Assembly: GCA_951406725.2 (NCBI GenBank) | Contig: OX597827.1 | Span: 55,428,001-55,492,000, forward strand | Source: Octopus vulgaris | Lineage: Eukaryota | Direction: 5' to 3' | Length of the DNA: 64,000 nucleotides | Shown here: positions 36,196 through 49,400 of the stretch, piece after piece | Numbering within the stretch: the stretch's first letter is position 1 | How the letters are laid out: every line of letters starts with the position of its first letter | Position numbers and translations under genes: made by a program | The notes under the pieces: generated by a model | What the model was told of the DNA's origin: nothing | Database searches by the model: none | Seen by the model: only the letters and a program-made list of their open reading frames with translations

Positions 36196-37331
36196 CTTAC
36201 CAATTTAATTTTGGTCTCTTACATAGGCACAAGGCTTCAATTTTGCAGTAGATTGGAAAAATATATTTTGATGTCCATGCTTTTTATAAGTGCATGAGAC
36301 ATGAATGAAATGATTTTAGACTTGGGTTGCCTGAACTTCACTCTACGGCACTTGTTACAATTGTAATTCTTAAATGACTTGGATTTTTTTTCCCCTAGAC
36401 ACAGAAGCTTCATATTTGAAAGGAAGGCAGAGGCCATTTCACCTCATAGAAATGGAGTTTCAAAAGCAAGTCACAGACTTGGGCTTGCTACGGGCTTACC
36501 TTGTGTGCTACTTAAATTGAATTCTAACTGAGGCACAAGGCTGATTGTTCAAAGAGAGGGAATGTGTAACTGAATTGACACCCGTGTATTACCAGTATTT
36601 ATTTACCACAATGGGATGGGTAAACATTTGAACCAAATGAGTTTTAAAAATACTGAAATGTATTTAACCCTATTTATCTCAACCGTCTTTAAACATCAGG
36701 TAAAGTGAGCCAGTGAGCGAGTCTCTACACGTCACTCAATCTGCTAAAATTAGCAACCCAAATTTCTTATATCACAGCCTACCATCTAACAAAAACTGGA
36801 AGAACATAGATAATGTAATCTTAGATTAGCATCTAAAAAGACAGGATGGTCATGGCTGGAATGCCTTTGATCATAGGTCTGCTTGATTAGGGTTAAACAA
36901 TAAGAACAATTATCATATATATCAATATAAAAGTTACAGAGAAACATTTCAGATGAAGAGAAGGAATTAAATATTTATAAACTGAAGAAGAGAAAGAATT
37001 AAGATATTTTTTACTTATTTTCAGTCTGAGCAGCTCAATATGACTGACTAGTAGAAGTAATTTTTAAAACTGAGGCTGATGAAAAACCCTGAGAACTGAT
37101 AGTGAAGAAGCAAACCATTCTCACTGTAACTGAAACTAATTTATCCTACAGATCCACTATGTGTCTCCATTAATTTTTTTTCAATGAAAGACAACATGTT
37201 AGGAAATATAAAGTAGGACTGTTATTTACTAATTTGTTTACAAGAGAATTAGTATGGGGGAAGGGGCAGTAAAATGTCAGAACTACGTGTGAAGAGAGTT
37301 CATGTGCAAGAAAAGTATCCTACAATGAGAT

Positions 37332-37449
37332 TTACGTGACTTCAGCTTCCATGTCTTCCTCCTCCTCATCTTCTTCACTCGAAGTAATATCTGGTTCATC
37401 ACATTGAGACTGGCATTTTATACATTTGCAATTAAAGAGGTAATTATCC
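37332..37449 (-). CDS. SMYD5: SMYD5 terminal exon
   Basis: ttccag|G GAT; [38 protein letters not shown]; 118 nt. Confidence 0.95.
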
Positions 37450-40400
37450 CTGGAAATAAAAATTGAATTAAATTTCTTTTTACTCATTTAAAATAAAAAA
37501 ATTTCTTTTGTTAGATTTCTTTTAACCGTTTAGCATTTGGGTTTATTTTGCCAAATGTATTGCTTATTTACATTGTTTTAAATTCATCATGTATCTCATA
37601 GCCTTCAAATTTTGATGATGTGATTGTACATTTTGAGAATGACATTGTAGGATGGGTATGAGAGTCCAGATCTGGCTGGTTTGAACATGAAACATTTGCG
37701 CTGGATATGGATGGTTTAAATGCTAAAGGGTTAACAATGTTAAATTATTTCTTTCTTTTGAAAAAAAAAAAACCCTATAATATTTGTAAATGTAAAAGTA
37801 GTGGAGAAACAAAGAATGTTATACTTGTGGGATTTAAGTTCCTTACAATATTTAGTTATATATATATTTATATAAATAAGGATAAGATCGTTAATTTAAT
37901 TATCAATCTTATCAAGTGACCAGCATGGGAATAAAAGCCTTCAAAGGCAATAATTATTATTAAAATTATAATTTAGGGTATCTAAGAGATACCTCCATGC
38001 TGGAAATAGCAGCCAAAACTTGACTCTGCCTTTATTATATATATATATATATATATATACTGTTGCATAGTGTACCATAATCCAGGAATTGAAACTGCAA
38101 TCATCGAAGGGTGTTGCATTGATGATTGCAGTTACAATGATGATGATGACAGCAACGATGACGATTCATTTTTATTATGGTACACTATGCAACTGTACAG
38201 AGAATGTCGATTTGATAAAGGGAGTGAGCTAATAATAGTACAGCACAAACATTTGATCACTATGAACAAATTTGTGCTAGTTGTTCAGCAAAAAGTTGTG
38301 GCACCTCATCTGATTTCATCTGATGTTTACAACAGGAGAGTCTACTTATACATACATACACACACACACAAGGTACTCCATCAGTTACAAAAATGAGGAT
38401 TCTGGTTGATCCAATAACTGGAACAGCCTGCTCATGAAATTAACATTCAAGAGGCTGAGCACTCGACAGACATGCAACATGCAAAAGGCTGAGCACTACC
38501 CTTAACATAGTTCTCAGGGAGAATTACAGGTACAACTCATATTTCGCCAGCTGAGTGAACTGGAGCAACAGGAAATAAAGTGTCTTACTCAAGAGCACAA
38601 TGTGCTGCCTGGAATCAAACTTACAACCTTATGATCATAAGCCAAATACCTTAACCACTAAGCCACATGCCTTCACACACATATATTCCCCAGCCAGGTA
38701 AACTGCAACAAACAGAATTATGGATTCCAAAGATAAAGAAGCAATTATACTTGGATAAGAAACCCACCTATTACCTAGTAGTCTTATTACTATCTTATTC
38801 ACTTTTCTCTCTCTCACACATCTAAAGAGTACAAGTATATAAATATGCTTTAATATGGGCAGTAGCACCCCCTTCAGGTTGTGAGTTCATAAAAGGATCT
38901 TGTCAAACGGCATTTGACATTTAAAAAGGGACATGATTTTTCTTGGAAATAAAATACTTAAATCGATTATATTTTAAGCACATTTTCAAAAAAATTTCAA
39001 TTTTCTATTGGGGTGAGAATGTGTAGGACATTTGTCATAGGCAAGTAGAAACATGATTGATGATGCACCAAGGTCCAACATAATTTCATTACTTAAGTCC
39101 TTGCCTTTAGTAATTTCCATAAAAATCTCTCCATGCAAGATGGGAAAATAGAGATAGTAAACTAAGCAAAACTAGCTTCTGTTTAGACCCCCCCACACAC
39201 ACACACATGAGGAACAAGCATGGCATGTGGTAAGAAGCATGCTTCCCAGTACATGATTCTGCATGTCACCTAGGGCAAGTGTCTTCTATAACCTCAGACC
39301 AACCAAAACCTTGTAAGTGGATTTGGTAGATGGAAATTGAAGAAGCCTGTGGTATGTATGTATGTATACATGTGTGTGTGTGTGTTTGTCACACACACCC
39401 ACTACTTGACAACCAGTGTTGGTGTGTTTACATTCCCATAACTTAACAGTTTGGCAAAATACACTGATAGAATAAATACAAGGCTTAAAAATAAAAATAC
39501 TGTTCAACTAAAATTCTTCGAGACAGTGCCCCAGAATGGCCAGTTTAATGACTGAAACAAGTAAAAGATAAAAGATGAGTGACATTGTAAAATGTCATTT
39601 GGTAAAAGGGGACACTTAGCTTTTATGTTGGGAACTACAGATTACAACAAACTTTTTTTTATAGAAAAGGACTAAAAGCATATACAATGAAAGGTACCTT
39701 AAATGCTTCTGTCTGCTATGACGACTTCTTTCCAACATGCATCCATCCAAATAACTGATACAGATCTCCTGAAGAAGAAAAAAATATATATTTATAATCA
39801 TTTAGTGTCGAATATCTTGCTGTTGTATCATAACCATGACAATTGCTTCTAACATAAAGAAGACATGATATTGTGAAGATAAACATATTTTAACAGTTTG
39901 ACATTGACCTGACAAGGTTTCATCAAACCGAAGAGTATAGGACAAGAGAGTGGCTGTGATAGAATATAAGTTAGACTGCACAATTAAGAATATGTTTGTA
40001 TTCACAATCCTAAGATTTAAATCCTATCATAGTAGGCTTAGCTCTCTGTTCCATCAAGATTCATCATTTTAACATTCACTTCTCCATGTATGTATGGGTT
40101 GAACAGAGTTTGAGGCAGATTTTCTATGGCCAAATGTACCTTCCTCTAGCCAACTGCCACCTGCTTCAAAGCAAGGTAACATTTCTCTGGCCAGAATATT
40201 GGAAATGAATGATATTCATTAACAACAATCACATGATGTCATATACACACACACATGTATATGATGATCTTTTTTTGGTTTCTATCTACCAAATCCAGTG
40301 ACAAGGCTTTGGTTAGCCCAAGACTATAGTAGAAAACACTTGCCCAATGAGTCACTCAGTGGGACTGAACCCAAGACTATGTAATTGGGAAGCAAGTTTC

Positions 40401-43400
40401 TTAATCACACAGCCACATCTGCATTCAGAATATAATACCAAAAATACATCAAGAAAATGCAGATTAGCTAAAAACTTATTGCGTTTTTTTTTTGAAATGA
40501 ACAAAATACTTGGTGTTTATTGAAAACATTCAGTTAATGCTGCTAAAACTCCATTATTTGTGTCTTGTTTGTTGCTAGGACAGCCATGATAGTGCCCTGG
40601 TCAGTCTTCTACCAGTTGTTTCCGCGATGTGAAAGCACCCCTTCCCAGTTTTCTTTCAGTTGCTAATTAGGTATGCAGAAGAAATATAATTTGATTACAC
40701 AGGTGTTATGTCAGGATTTGTCTTGGATTATCATTTGCAAGGGATATACTTATAACTGTTACAAGAAAAAGATTTCTAAGGTTAAAAAATAAATCCCTGC
40801 TCTAACAGTTTTCTCTTGTGGCCCCAAATAGGGAGATTAATCTCCTTTTAGCAAGAGTCATTTGTATATAATTGGCAGAAGCAAACACAATGTTGGCTCA
40901 AGCCAGTGAAGAAGCCCCAACTTAGCTTGTTCATCCTGCTAGAAAGAGCACCCAAATCTCATTTAAACTGCACCCTACTTAGAAGAGGGAAGAACACATT
41001 AGATAATGTAGTCTTAGATAAATTGAAAAATATGTGATTGTTGTGATTGGAATACCTAGGAATGCTTTATGTACATTGACCCAAATCAAAGGAAAAAAAC
41101 CTATTTCATACATTTGATACCCAACCAGTCAATTGCATTCAGTTTTTTCTCCCATGCTAACCTATTGCCACATACCATTCTAATTATATAACATCTCATT
41201 TAGCTACCTGTTTATATTCCATATTGGAAATTTCCAAAGTTGCAACAGCAGCCTGTCAACAGAGGACGTGAATTGGATAAAAAGAAAAACCAAAAAAAGA
41301 CATTTACATGAAAACAAATAAAAATACATGTTATGGAAAGTACATTCTCACCTCTCCTGGTACAATATCTTCTAAAGCCACCACTCTTAATTTATGGCAA
41401 TTGTGAGGGAACTGAACTTCTGCATTAGGCACACAGCTGTGATTACCTGTGTATTGTAAAAGAAAAATGAATATTATAACTACATGATGTCTGTGAAGCT
41501 ACAGCTGTTGACCAAATGGTCATGAGTTCAAAGCTTACTTCAGTTAGTTATGCCTTGGAGCACTGCAATAGCTAAATTGTCTTGTAATACTTAGCTCAGT
41601 CAATCAGCTAACAGGTTCCATTTCTAGCTTTAAAAAAAAGTGGTTAGCAATAGATGTCTTTAGTAGTAAAAGCTATTTGCTCTAGCAGCAGGTGGATGTT
41701 CAAATTAGTAAATATCTCTCTCATTCAGTGGGTAGTCAAAACTACAGGGCATAACAACCTTGCCTTACATGAATCCCAAACTGAGCAAGCTCAGGTTGGC
41801 AGTATTTGGAATGGGCTCCTATCTGGGGTTACAGATTCTCCCTCATCTTGATCAAGAATTTCTGGGCCAGTATCTGGCATAGCCTGTCCCAGGACTATGT
41901 TCAATGAAGAGGAGAGGTGGACAGAAAGCTGGCAACCAAACCTTCAGTGTTCAAATCACTATACAAGCAGCAAAGTGGGAGGAACTTAGTATGAAAATTG
42001 TACTTAAAACAGTTCATGTCGGAAAAGGAATGCTTGTCTTGCTATGATTATAGCCACAAATGAAGCTATTGTGGTAAGCATTTGACATAATAATTTTTAA
42101 TTCCAGAGCAGAATTCTGATTACTTTGTAAAAAATTAAATAATTTCATAACTTGACAAAGGTAATATAAAATTTGGTCAAGAGAAATGAAGATATATTAG
42201 GAGCAACAACAATTCTTAGAATAAAAGAAATTCAACTGAATACTTACAACAACTTTGCATTGAGTAAAGACCAGATCCTTCACAGTTCAAGAATGTTCCG
42301 GATTCTACAAGATAAAATATTAATAAGGTCTTATATTGATTTTTTATTTACGTGCCCTTTTCACGCCTAGCCAGGCTCATGGGCCCGGTTTCCTGGTTTC
42401 TATGGCATATGTGTTCCCCCCAGCTGGACGGGACGCCAGTCCATCACAGTGTTTGTTACTCAAGAAACAGGAAGAAAGAGTGAGAGAAAGTTTGGGCGAA
42501 AGAGTACACCATGAGTCGCCACCCCCCACCCCCTGCCAGAGCTTCATGGAGCTTTAGGTGTTTTCGCTCAATAAACACTCACAACGCCTGGTCTGGGAAT
42601 CGAAACCGCAATCCTACGACTACGAGTCCGCTGCCCTAACCACTGGGCTATTGCGCCTCCACCTAGTCATATATAGGTAACAAAAAATTATTTACAAACC
42701 TGTACTCATAAACCCAATATTTAACTCTAGACTCAACAGTGTTAAATGTATGAAAGAGAAGGATCTTCCCTTGTGTAGGTTACTAGTCTACTACAGATAA
42801 CATTTGTACAAGATTTGGTATTTATTCCCAACAGTTAGAGAAGCTGAAGAACAGGCAGTTGTAAGTTAGATAAAAGCAGAGTATCACAAGTACAAAATAG
42901 CTAAATTGATTGGATAAAGAATTAGTTTGTTGGTTGTGAAACTATTTGAAACCTAAATGTTCTCTTATGATTTTGGACAGAACACCACCAAATTAATTTG
43001 TTTACCATTATAAGAGTTAACAGCAATGCTAAGTAAGAAACAAAAACCAGCTGTACATACCTCTTTCCAAGTCAACATAAAGCTGGTCTATGAAACTGTC
43101 GATACTAATCCGTTCATCTGGATGAAGGTCCATAGCATCACAATTTTGACACCACACACTAATAGAACTAAGAAAAAATAACCGTTCTTTACTGATACGA
43201 AAAATATCAATGCTCATATACACTCTTTTTCTCTCTTTCTCAGAGACTATGTAATAATGTAAGTAGCAGTCAATACTGACGTATCACAATACACAACTTG
43301 CTGAATACATAACTAGTTTTGGCTGTAATTACCAGATGATGTGAAGGTGAACAATTTTAACTCAGTGGATAGAATTATAGATTCCTCATAGTTTATTTAA

Positions 43401-46400
43401 AGTGGGCTGGCAACCTAACATAGAATTTAGCCATAGAGAGTAAATTAATAAATATTTTGTGTTGTTTCAATCATAGGGAAAAATTCAAGAATCTTACAAT
43501 TGTGTTGTAGAATGAATTCATAAGAATTGTTTAAGATTTGTGGTTAGACACGAAATTTGTGATAGCAGTATTTAGGAAGCTATCTGTGGAATATTTTAAT
43601 TACTGATTTTGGATAATACAAATGTACTATAGCCTATATCCTACTTAGTAATTCAAGTTGAGTTTTTTTCTCAGCCATCACAGCAGCAGGTACTCAAATA
43701 CACTAACCAAATATAAATATGTTTTTGTATTTTCTAATATCTCCATGGGCTTGAAACTGAGATTGACCTGACCAGTTTCAATCCTAGTGGGGATTCTCTT
43801 CAAAGAGACAAAGCAAAGTGTGAGGTACCCAAAGAGAATACCAATTAAGATTAAAACCAGTCAAGTCTACCTTTCAATTTACTGTCTGCAGAGAGATAAA
43901 AAAAAATCATTTATTTATATTTACTCAGAATACTTGAGTACGCATTGCAGTCATGTTTAAAAAACCTTATATTGCTAGACAGAGTATACTCTTTACTACA
44001 TTTCCATTGTAAAATATTTTGGTTTTCTTTGTAGATTAAAGTGTATGTATGCACACCCCTTTATGAATGTACAGCCCTATTATGATACAAAATATGCTTC
44101 AAATGCGTTCTATCCTGTTGTAATGTCAGTTATAATAGTGTTCAGGTCGGGTGTGGGGGCACGTGCCATTGCAGCACATTGCTGCATCTACCATTTCTTG
44201 GTATTTGTGTGGGTTGTCCTGTGCAACCCTCTGAGCAGTGTCCCAGTCAGTCCCCGTCTCTGTGACATACTTCCCCATTCGCTGTGACCATGAGGCATGT
44301 GACCAACCAACACAAGCCATCACCCCAGGCAGATCCTCAGAAAAGAGAACGTGGTACACAGGATCTAACTCAGAAAATTGAGCAGTCTGATCAAACAATT
44401 TGAGCTGACTCTCTTGAATCATACAAGTAAGATTCAGATGATGGTATCAATAGTATAACCGTCAACTTTCTAGATGAATTGTTAACCTTTAGACCTATGT
44501 GTTATATACAATCAAGTATAATTTTTTTTAATATTTCATTCTAAAATATTCCCCTCACATCCAGAAGTAAAAATTCAATATTTACCTAGTACCAATTCCT
44601 TGACCATTACGACCAATGAGAGCAAACAAGGATTGAAACCCTTCATAAGTGAACCACTGGAAAATTGAAAATAATTGCATTTTTGGTCAATTTGTTTACT
44701 TCCAATAAAAATACACACACACAAAGAATTTGTAATATCAATTGATACCAAAGGCACATTTAAGCAAGGAATACAGTTGAATAATTCAACCACAATATTT
44801 GACTGGTGCTTTTCCTATCAACCATTAATATAAGTTGGCTAGTCTAGGATTCAAACCAAAATTATCTTCACTCTAATTAAGGAGCATTCTCCTTGACAAT
44901 CGTCTTTGCAATAAAATATGTTAAATTAAATCAACCAAAAAAGAAAAAAAGTATAATAAATTTCAAAAATGTAATTATTTAAAGTTTTAATTCTGAAAAT
45001 GAGAAAAATATAAAACTTTAATATTATCATTGTTTTCTTAAGAAAACAATGATAATATTTTCATTAATTCATCATACAATTTTTAAAGCTAACAATTATA
45101 AATGCAATAAATATCTAATAATAATCTAATACTATAAAGGCAAAAATTACTACATGGATATAATATTGAATTACCAACATATAATCCCTAAGTTTCCAAT
45201 CAAAAGAAGAGCAGTGTTTGAAATTCCTCAGCTTAGCTAGCTGTTGGAAATCCTGGGGAAATTACAACAAACAGGTACCCTATTCAGATGTTTTGTTTTT
45301 TGTTTGTTTAACTGTACAATACAAAGTATTAGCCTGTGCAAGGTACCAGTTAATAAGTCTGGCAGCTGTGAGAATTGAAGTTCCTGTTTGTAAATTAGTG
45401 CAGATTATAAGAGGCTCTGATTCCAGACCACCCGTATAGAGTATGTTGGTGTTGTGTCTGTGCTGCCTTTAGTAAATAGGAAAACAGTTAACTGAATAAC
45501 TAACATGCAACAAACATTAATAATAGAATCCTAGTACTACATACCTGTGGGATGTGCTCGTCATACAAACTTAACATAACCATTGACCTGAATGTTTCTA
45601 GCTGCTCCTGCATAAGAGAAAACATGTGAGTGGTAGATGTGTAGTCAACAAATGTTGTTCACGAAATTTGGACTTAAGATGTAACAGGAGAGTTAACTAA
45701 ATACATTTTTTTTTATTATCAGAAAGTCCCAAATGAGGTGAGAAGCTACTTAAGTGTAAGGGTCTACGAAGAAGGAGAAATGAATTTACTTCAGACTTGA
45801 AAGAGTTCAGGTCAAAAGAAAGAAAACAAATAGTTCAAAAGCCTGGCAGTTTGAGGGGGAAAAGCTATGACCATAGAAAGATTTCCTTATTCATGGAAGT
45901 ACGACAGTATTTGGATGAAGACACTGAGTTTCGAGTCAGGCAAGATGGCACAAAGTGATCTAGAACTAAGAGAGAAAGTTCATCAGAGCATTTCCAGTGG
46001 CAATAACAATAGAAAAGATCAGGACTGCTGACGTCATTGATGTGATAAGGGCTGCAGAGTTAAGCAAGAGAGGGACCAATATAGTTAGAGACTCATTTCT
46101 GAACCCAGTCAAGAAGATCCAAATAGGACAACAGTATTCCAGACAAGGATGAATTATGGACTTGTAAAGTTACAAAATGGCTTCAGATTTGAGTTAGTCC
46201 TTTGACCTATACAATGACCCAACCTCATGGAAAACAGGCCTATGAATTGATAATATGTAAGAACCCTAAGAAAGATCAGATGAGAAAGTACCTAATAAAA
46301 ATGTTTACATACAGAAAGATCAGAGCAATAAGTTATAAGTAAGAAAGATATCTGGAAAGGGGAGAGTCACAGGATTTTAGGGTTCTCACATGGAGACAAA

Positions 46401-49400
46401 GAAATAGTAAAGACTTCAGATAGTGTGCCAAACATTTAACAGTTTTCTTTCCATAGTAGTTCTACAATAATTTAGGACATCTCTTTGAACCCTTTTATAT
46501 AAAGCATGACAAACTTCCTTCCATACTGAACTAGAAAGTTAGGTACAGTATTGAAGGAATCACCATTTGCTCTTGAGAACACTGTATTTAGATTACCAAT
46601 AGGGATTTAGGGAAGGATAGTTCCATAGGACCTGAACTCAGCATTACACACAAAACATTTGTTGGTCAAATAGTGGTTCTATAACAATGATTTCAGTGAT
46701 GAATTTAGTGTGAGGGTAGGTGTTCATCAAGGTTCAATCCCCAGTCAACTCCTGCTCATCATAGTCTTACGGGCCATCACAGAGGAGTTTAAGACTTGAT
46801 ATATATGTATACGTATATTAAGTTTAAAAAAGTAAAAATTAAGATAAATAATAAAGGAAATATAGAAATTGTTTATTTACTTTGAACTGTGGGCCCAGCA
46901 ACTTGTGCATAATCTGTTCTTCTTCATTCACAGTTGAGTTAGTAAACTGAGAAAATGCTTTCAATACTGCTTCAGGGTCATTAGACTGTATGAAATATTA
47001 GTTAAAAAGAAAATAATATAATTATAAAATAATAATTACTTACAATAAAATTACAATAATTGCAGTTATACCTCAACTTATGGTAATTAGTTCCAAGACA
47101 TGAAATCCTAACTAAAAAAATGACATAACACAAGAATTTTAAAAACTTTATCAGCTTATATGTTTTAATAAATGGTTTGTACATATTTTCACATGTATTT
47201 TATTTAATTTTCTATTTCACTATTAGTTTTTAGGATCTTTTTTTAAAATTTACACTTTTATATAAGGTTGCCGAGACTGATGTAAAAGTCAGATAACTTG
47301 ATTGAAGTTGAGGGGTATATTTTTTTTTATTAATTTCTTTAAAAAAAAACCCAAAAATAATGTGAAGTCAAAAGAGACTTAACTTGAAATTATCTAAGTT
47401 GAGGTAAGCCTGTATTTATAATAATATAATTATAAAATAATGATAATTACTCCTTTTATTGACCATAAGGGTCCAAGATGTTGGAGACGTACAAAGAGGA
47501 AATCCAAATGAAAACAGAAAACAAGAAACAATAGCAGAATTACACATAAACAAGTGAGATCAAACAAATAATAAACACATCAATAAATAAATAATACAGA
47601 ACAAAATAAGAACAAATAATGATCTTCATGAAGGAAGGGTGAGGCAACCCTCATGCAACCCAGGATTACACTAACACATCAAAAGGTAATTTCTCCATTC
47701 TTGCCACCAGCCTATTGCTGAGCAGTATCCAATGCTGCCACTTTCACCCATTTTTGATAAAATTTACAAGAGACCAACACCTCCCCTCACCTTCATTTTT
47801 AAATGATACTTGAAGAAGTAGATGGGGGGGGGGTGATTTGAGGACAGCATTTTCCGAGATAATATACTATCTTCCAACTTTTCAACTGCATCCACAAGAC
47901 AGTGGAAGCCTACCCATTGCTATCCTTGCCAAAAAAAGAGATGGTGAAATGGTCTTTCTACAAGACTTGATTGATAGCCAGTGTCATTCCCATACACGGT
48001 AACAACTGTTCAACATAAACCCCACAAATCAACAATGCATGAACACTGAACATGTGACATAGTTTCATTACTTTCCACACATCTCAGACAAGTGTGGTTC
48101 ATTGCAGCTCCAACATGGTTATGCCTGTAGAATATATCCCAAACAAGCAAGGCCCTAGTAGCACAGTTAGATGAAAGATGTTAAAGTCCTCCAGAAAAGA
48201 ATACTTCCTAGTCAATAACCAGAATCATTCTCAAGCTACAGTCACTCATACTCTAGACTTACCCTCTTTAAAATGTGAGAAATGATTCTTTAGCAGTCCA
48301 GCTAGTAGAAAGCAGTCACAAACATTCCAAATGCTAAATGCTCAACTTTGGTATGTGCTTGAACCTATGACTGACACTTTATCAAAAGAGATGAGTTGTG
48401 TAAAGACAAGCTGCATGAATGGCAACCACACTTGTTTAGCGGAACTTTCAATTGAAGTAGCAACCTGAGTGCTTCTTCCCAAGTTTTTGTTCACTTGGGA
48501 GGTCAAGTCCAAACCAAACCCCAGACACTTTAATTGGAGCCCTTGAACTTGTCTCAGTAGGACTTACCTCTCCAGTTGCTAAGGGTGAAACCCACCAATT
48601 TTCCTAGCTAAAGTATACTCTAATTACCTAATGATGCTCTTCCAGAATGGTGCCAACCACCTTGATTTCCCTTGTGTTTGACACCATGATGATGACATCC
48701 ACATACACAGACATGACTCTCCTGTGTCCCAGTTCAAGTGGGATGCTTCTCAACATCTCCAACCTTAGACCAGTACTCAAATGACTACCATCCGTGACTT
48801 TCATATAGTGTGTGTGTGTGTAGTGTAGTGTCTTACTTTTTAGTTAGATACACAGGAAATAGAAAACTGTACCTTATCAAAGACCTTAATGGTACTGACA
48901 GAATTTAGGTTCTGTAGCACAAAATATACACAGAACTTCATAATTGTAGACAAGTAAGAAATGACATTCTTATGACATTGTAGTGAGTATATCTTTCCCA
49001 CAAGCATTATTAGAATGATAGTAGTGTCCTTTGTTAGTTCAGTGTTATATAATACAAATAAAAGAAATTAAAATGCCAAGAAGAGTTGTTGTCAAATCAA
49101 GAATAAAGCTTCAGAGATATAAAGAAATAAGGCATTATGATGTTTAACCCATTCTTAACGATATCATGATAAATAAGGGAGGCCATTCAAACATGGTATT
49201 AAAACTAAAGCATAGAATTTGTTTTTTAAATCACTAAGAACTTACCAACACTGCACAATGTAATAATTATAACAATAGAGATACTTGCCTGTTTTACCAT
49301 GCAGATCATTTTTGCCAACAGCATTATACTGCAGGATTCAGGGGGGAAGTGAATGTTCCTAAAATAATGAGAAAGTCTTTAGTTTCACATAACATGAAAT

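Noticed and set aside
39909-39935. Hammerhead ribozyme-like ctgacaa-ggttt-catc-aaacc-gaag (also ~17262-17290 and ~1125-1150)
   Set aside because: The catalytic core CUGANGA/GAAA is mutated or stem II does not close; at most these are dead Penelope-type relics.
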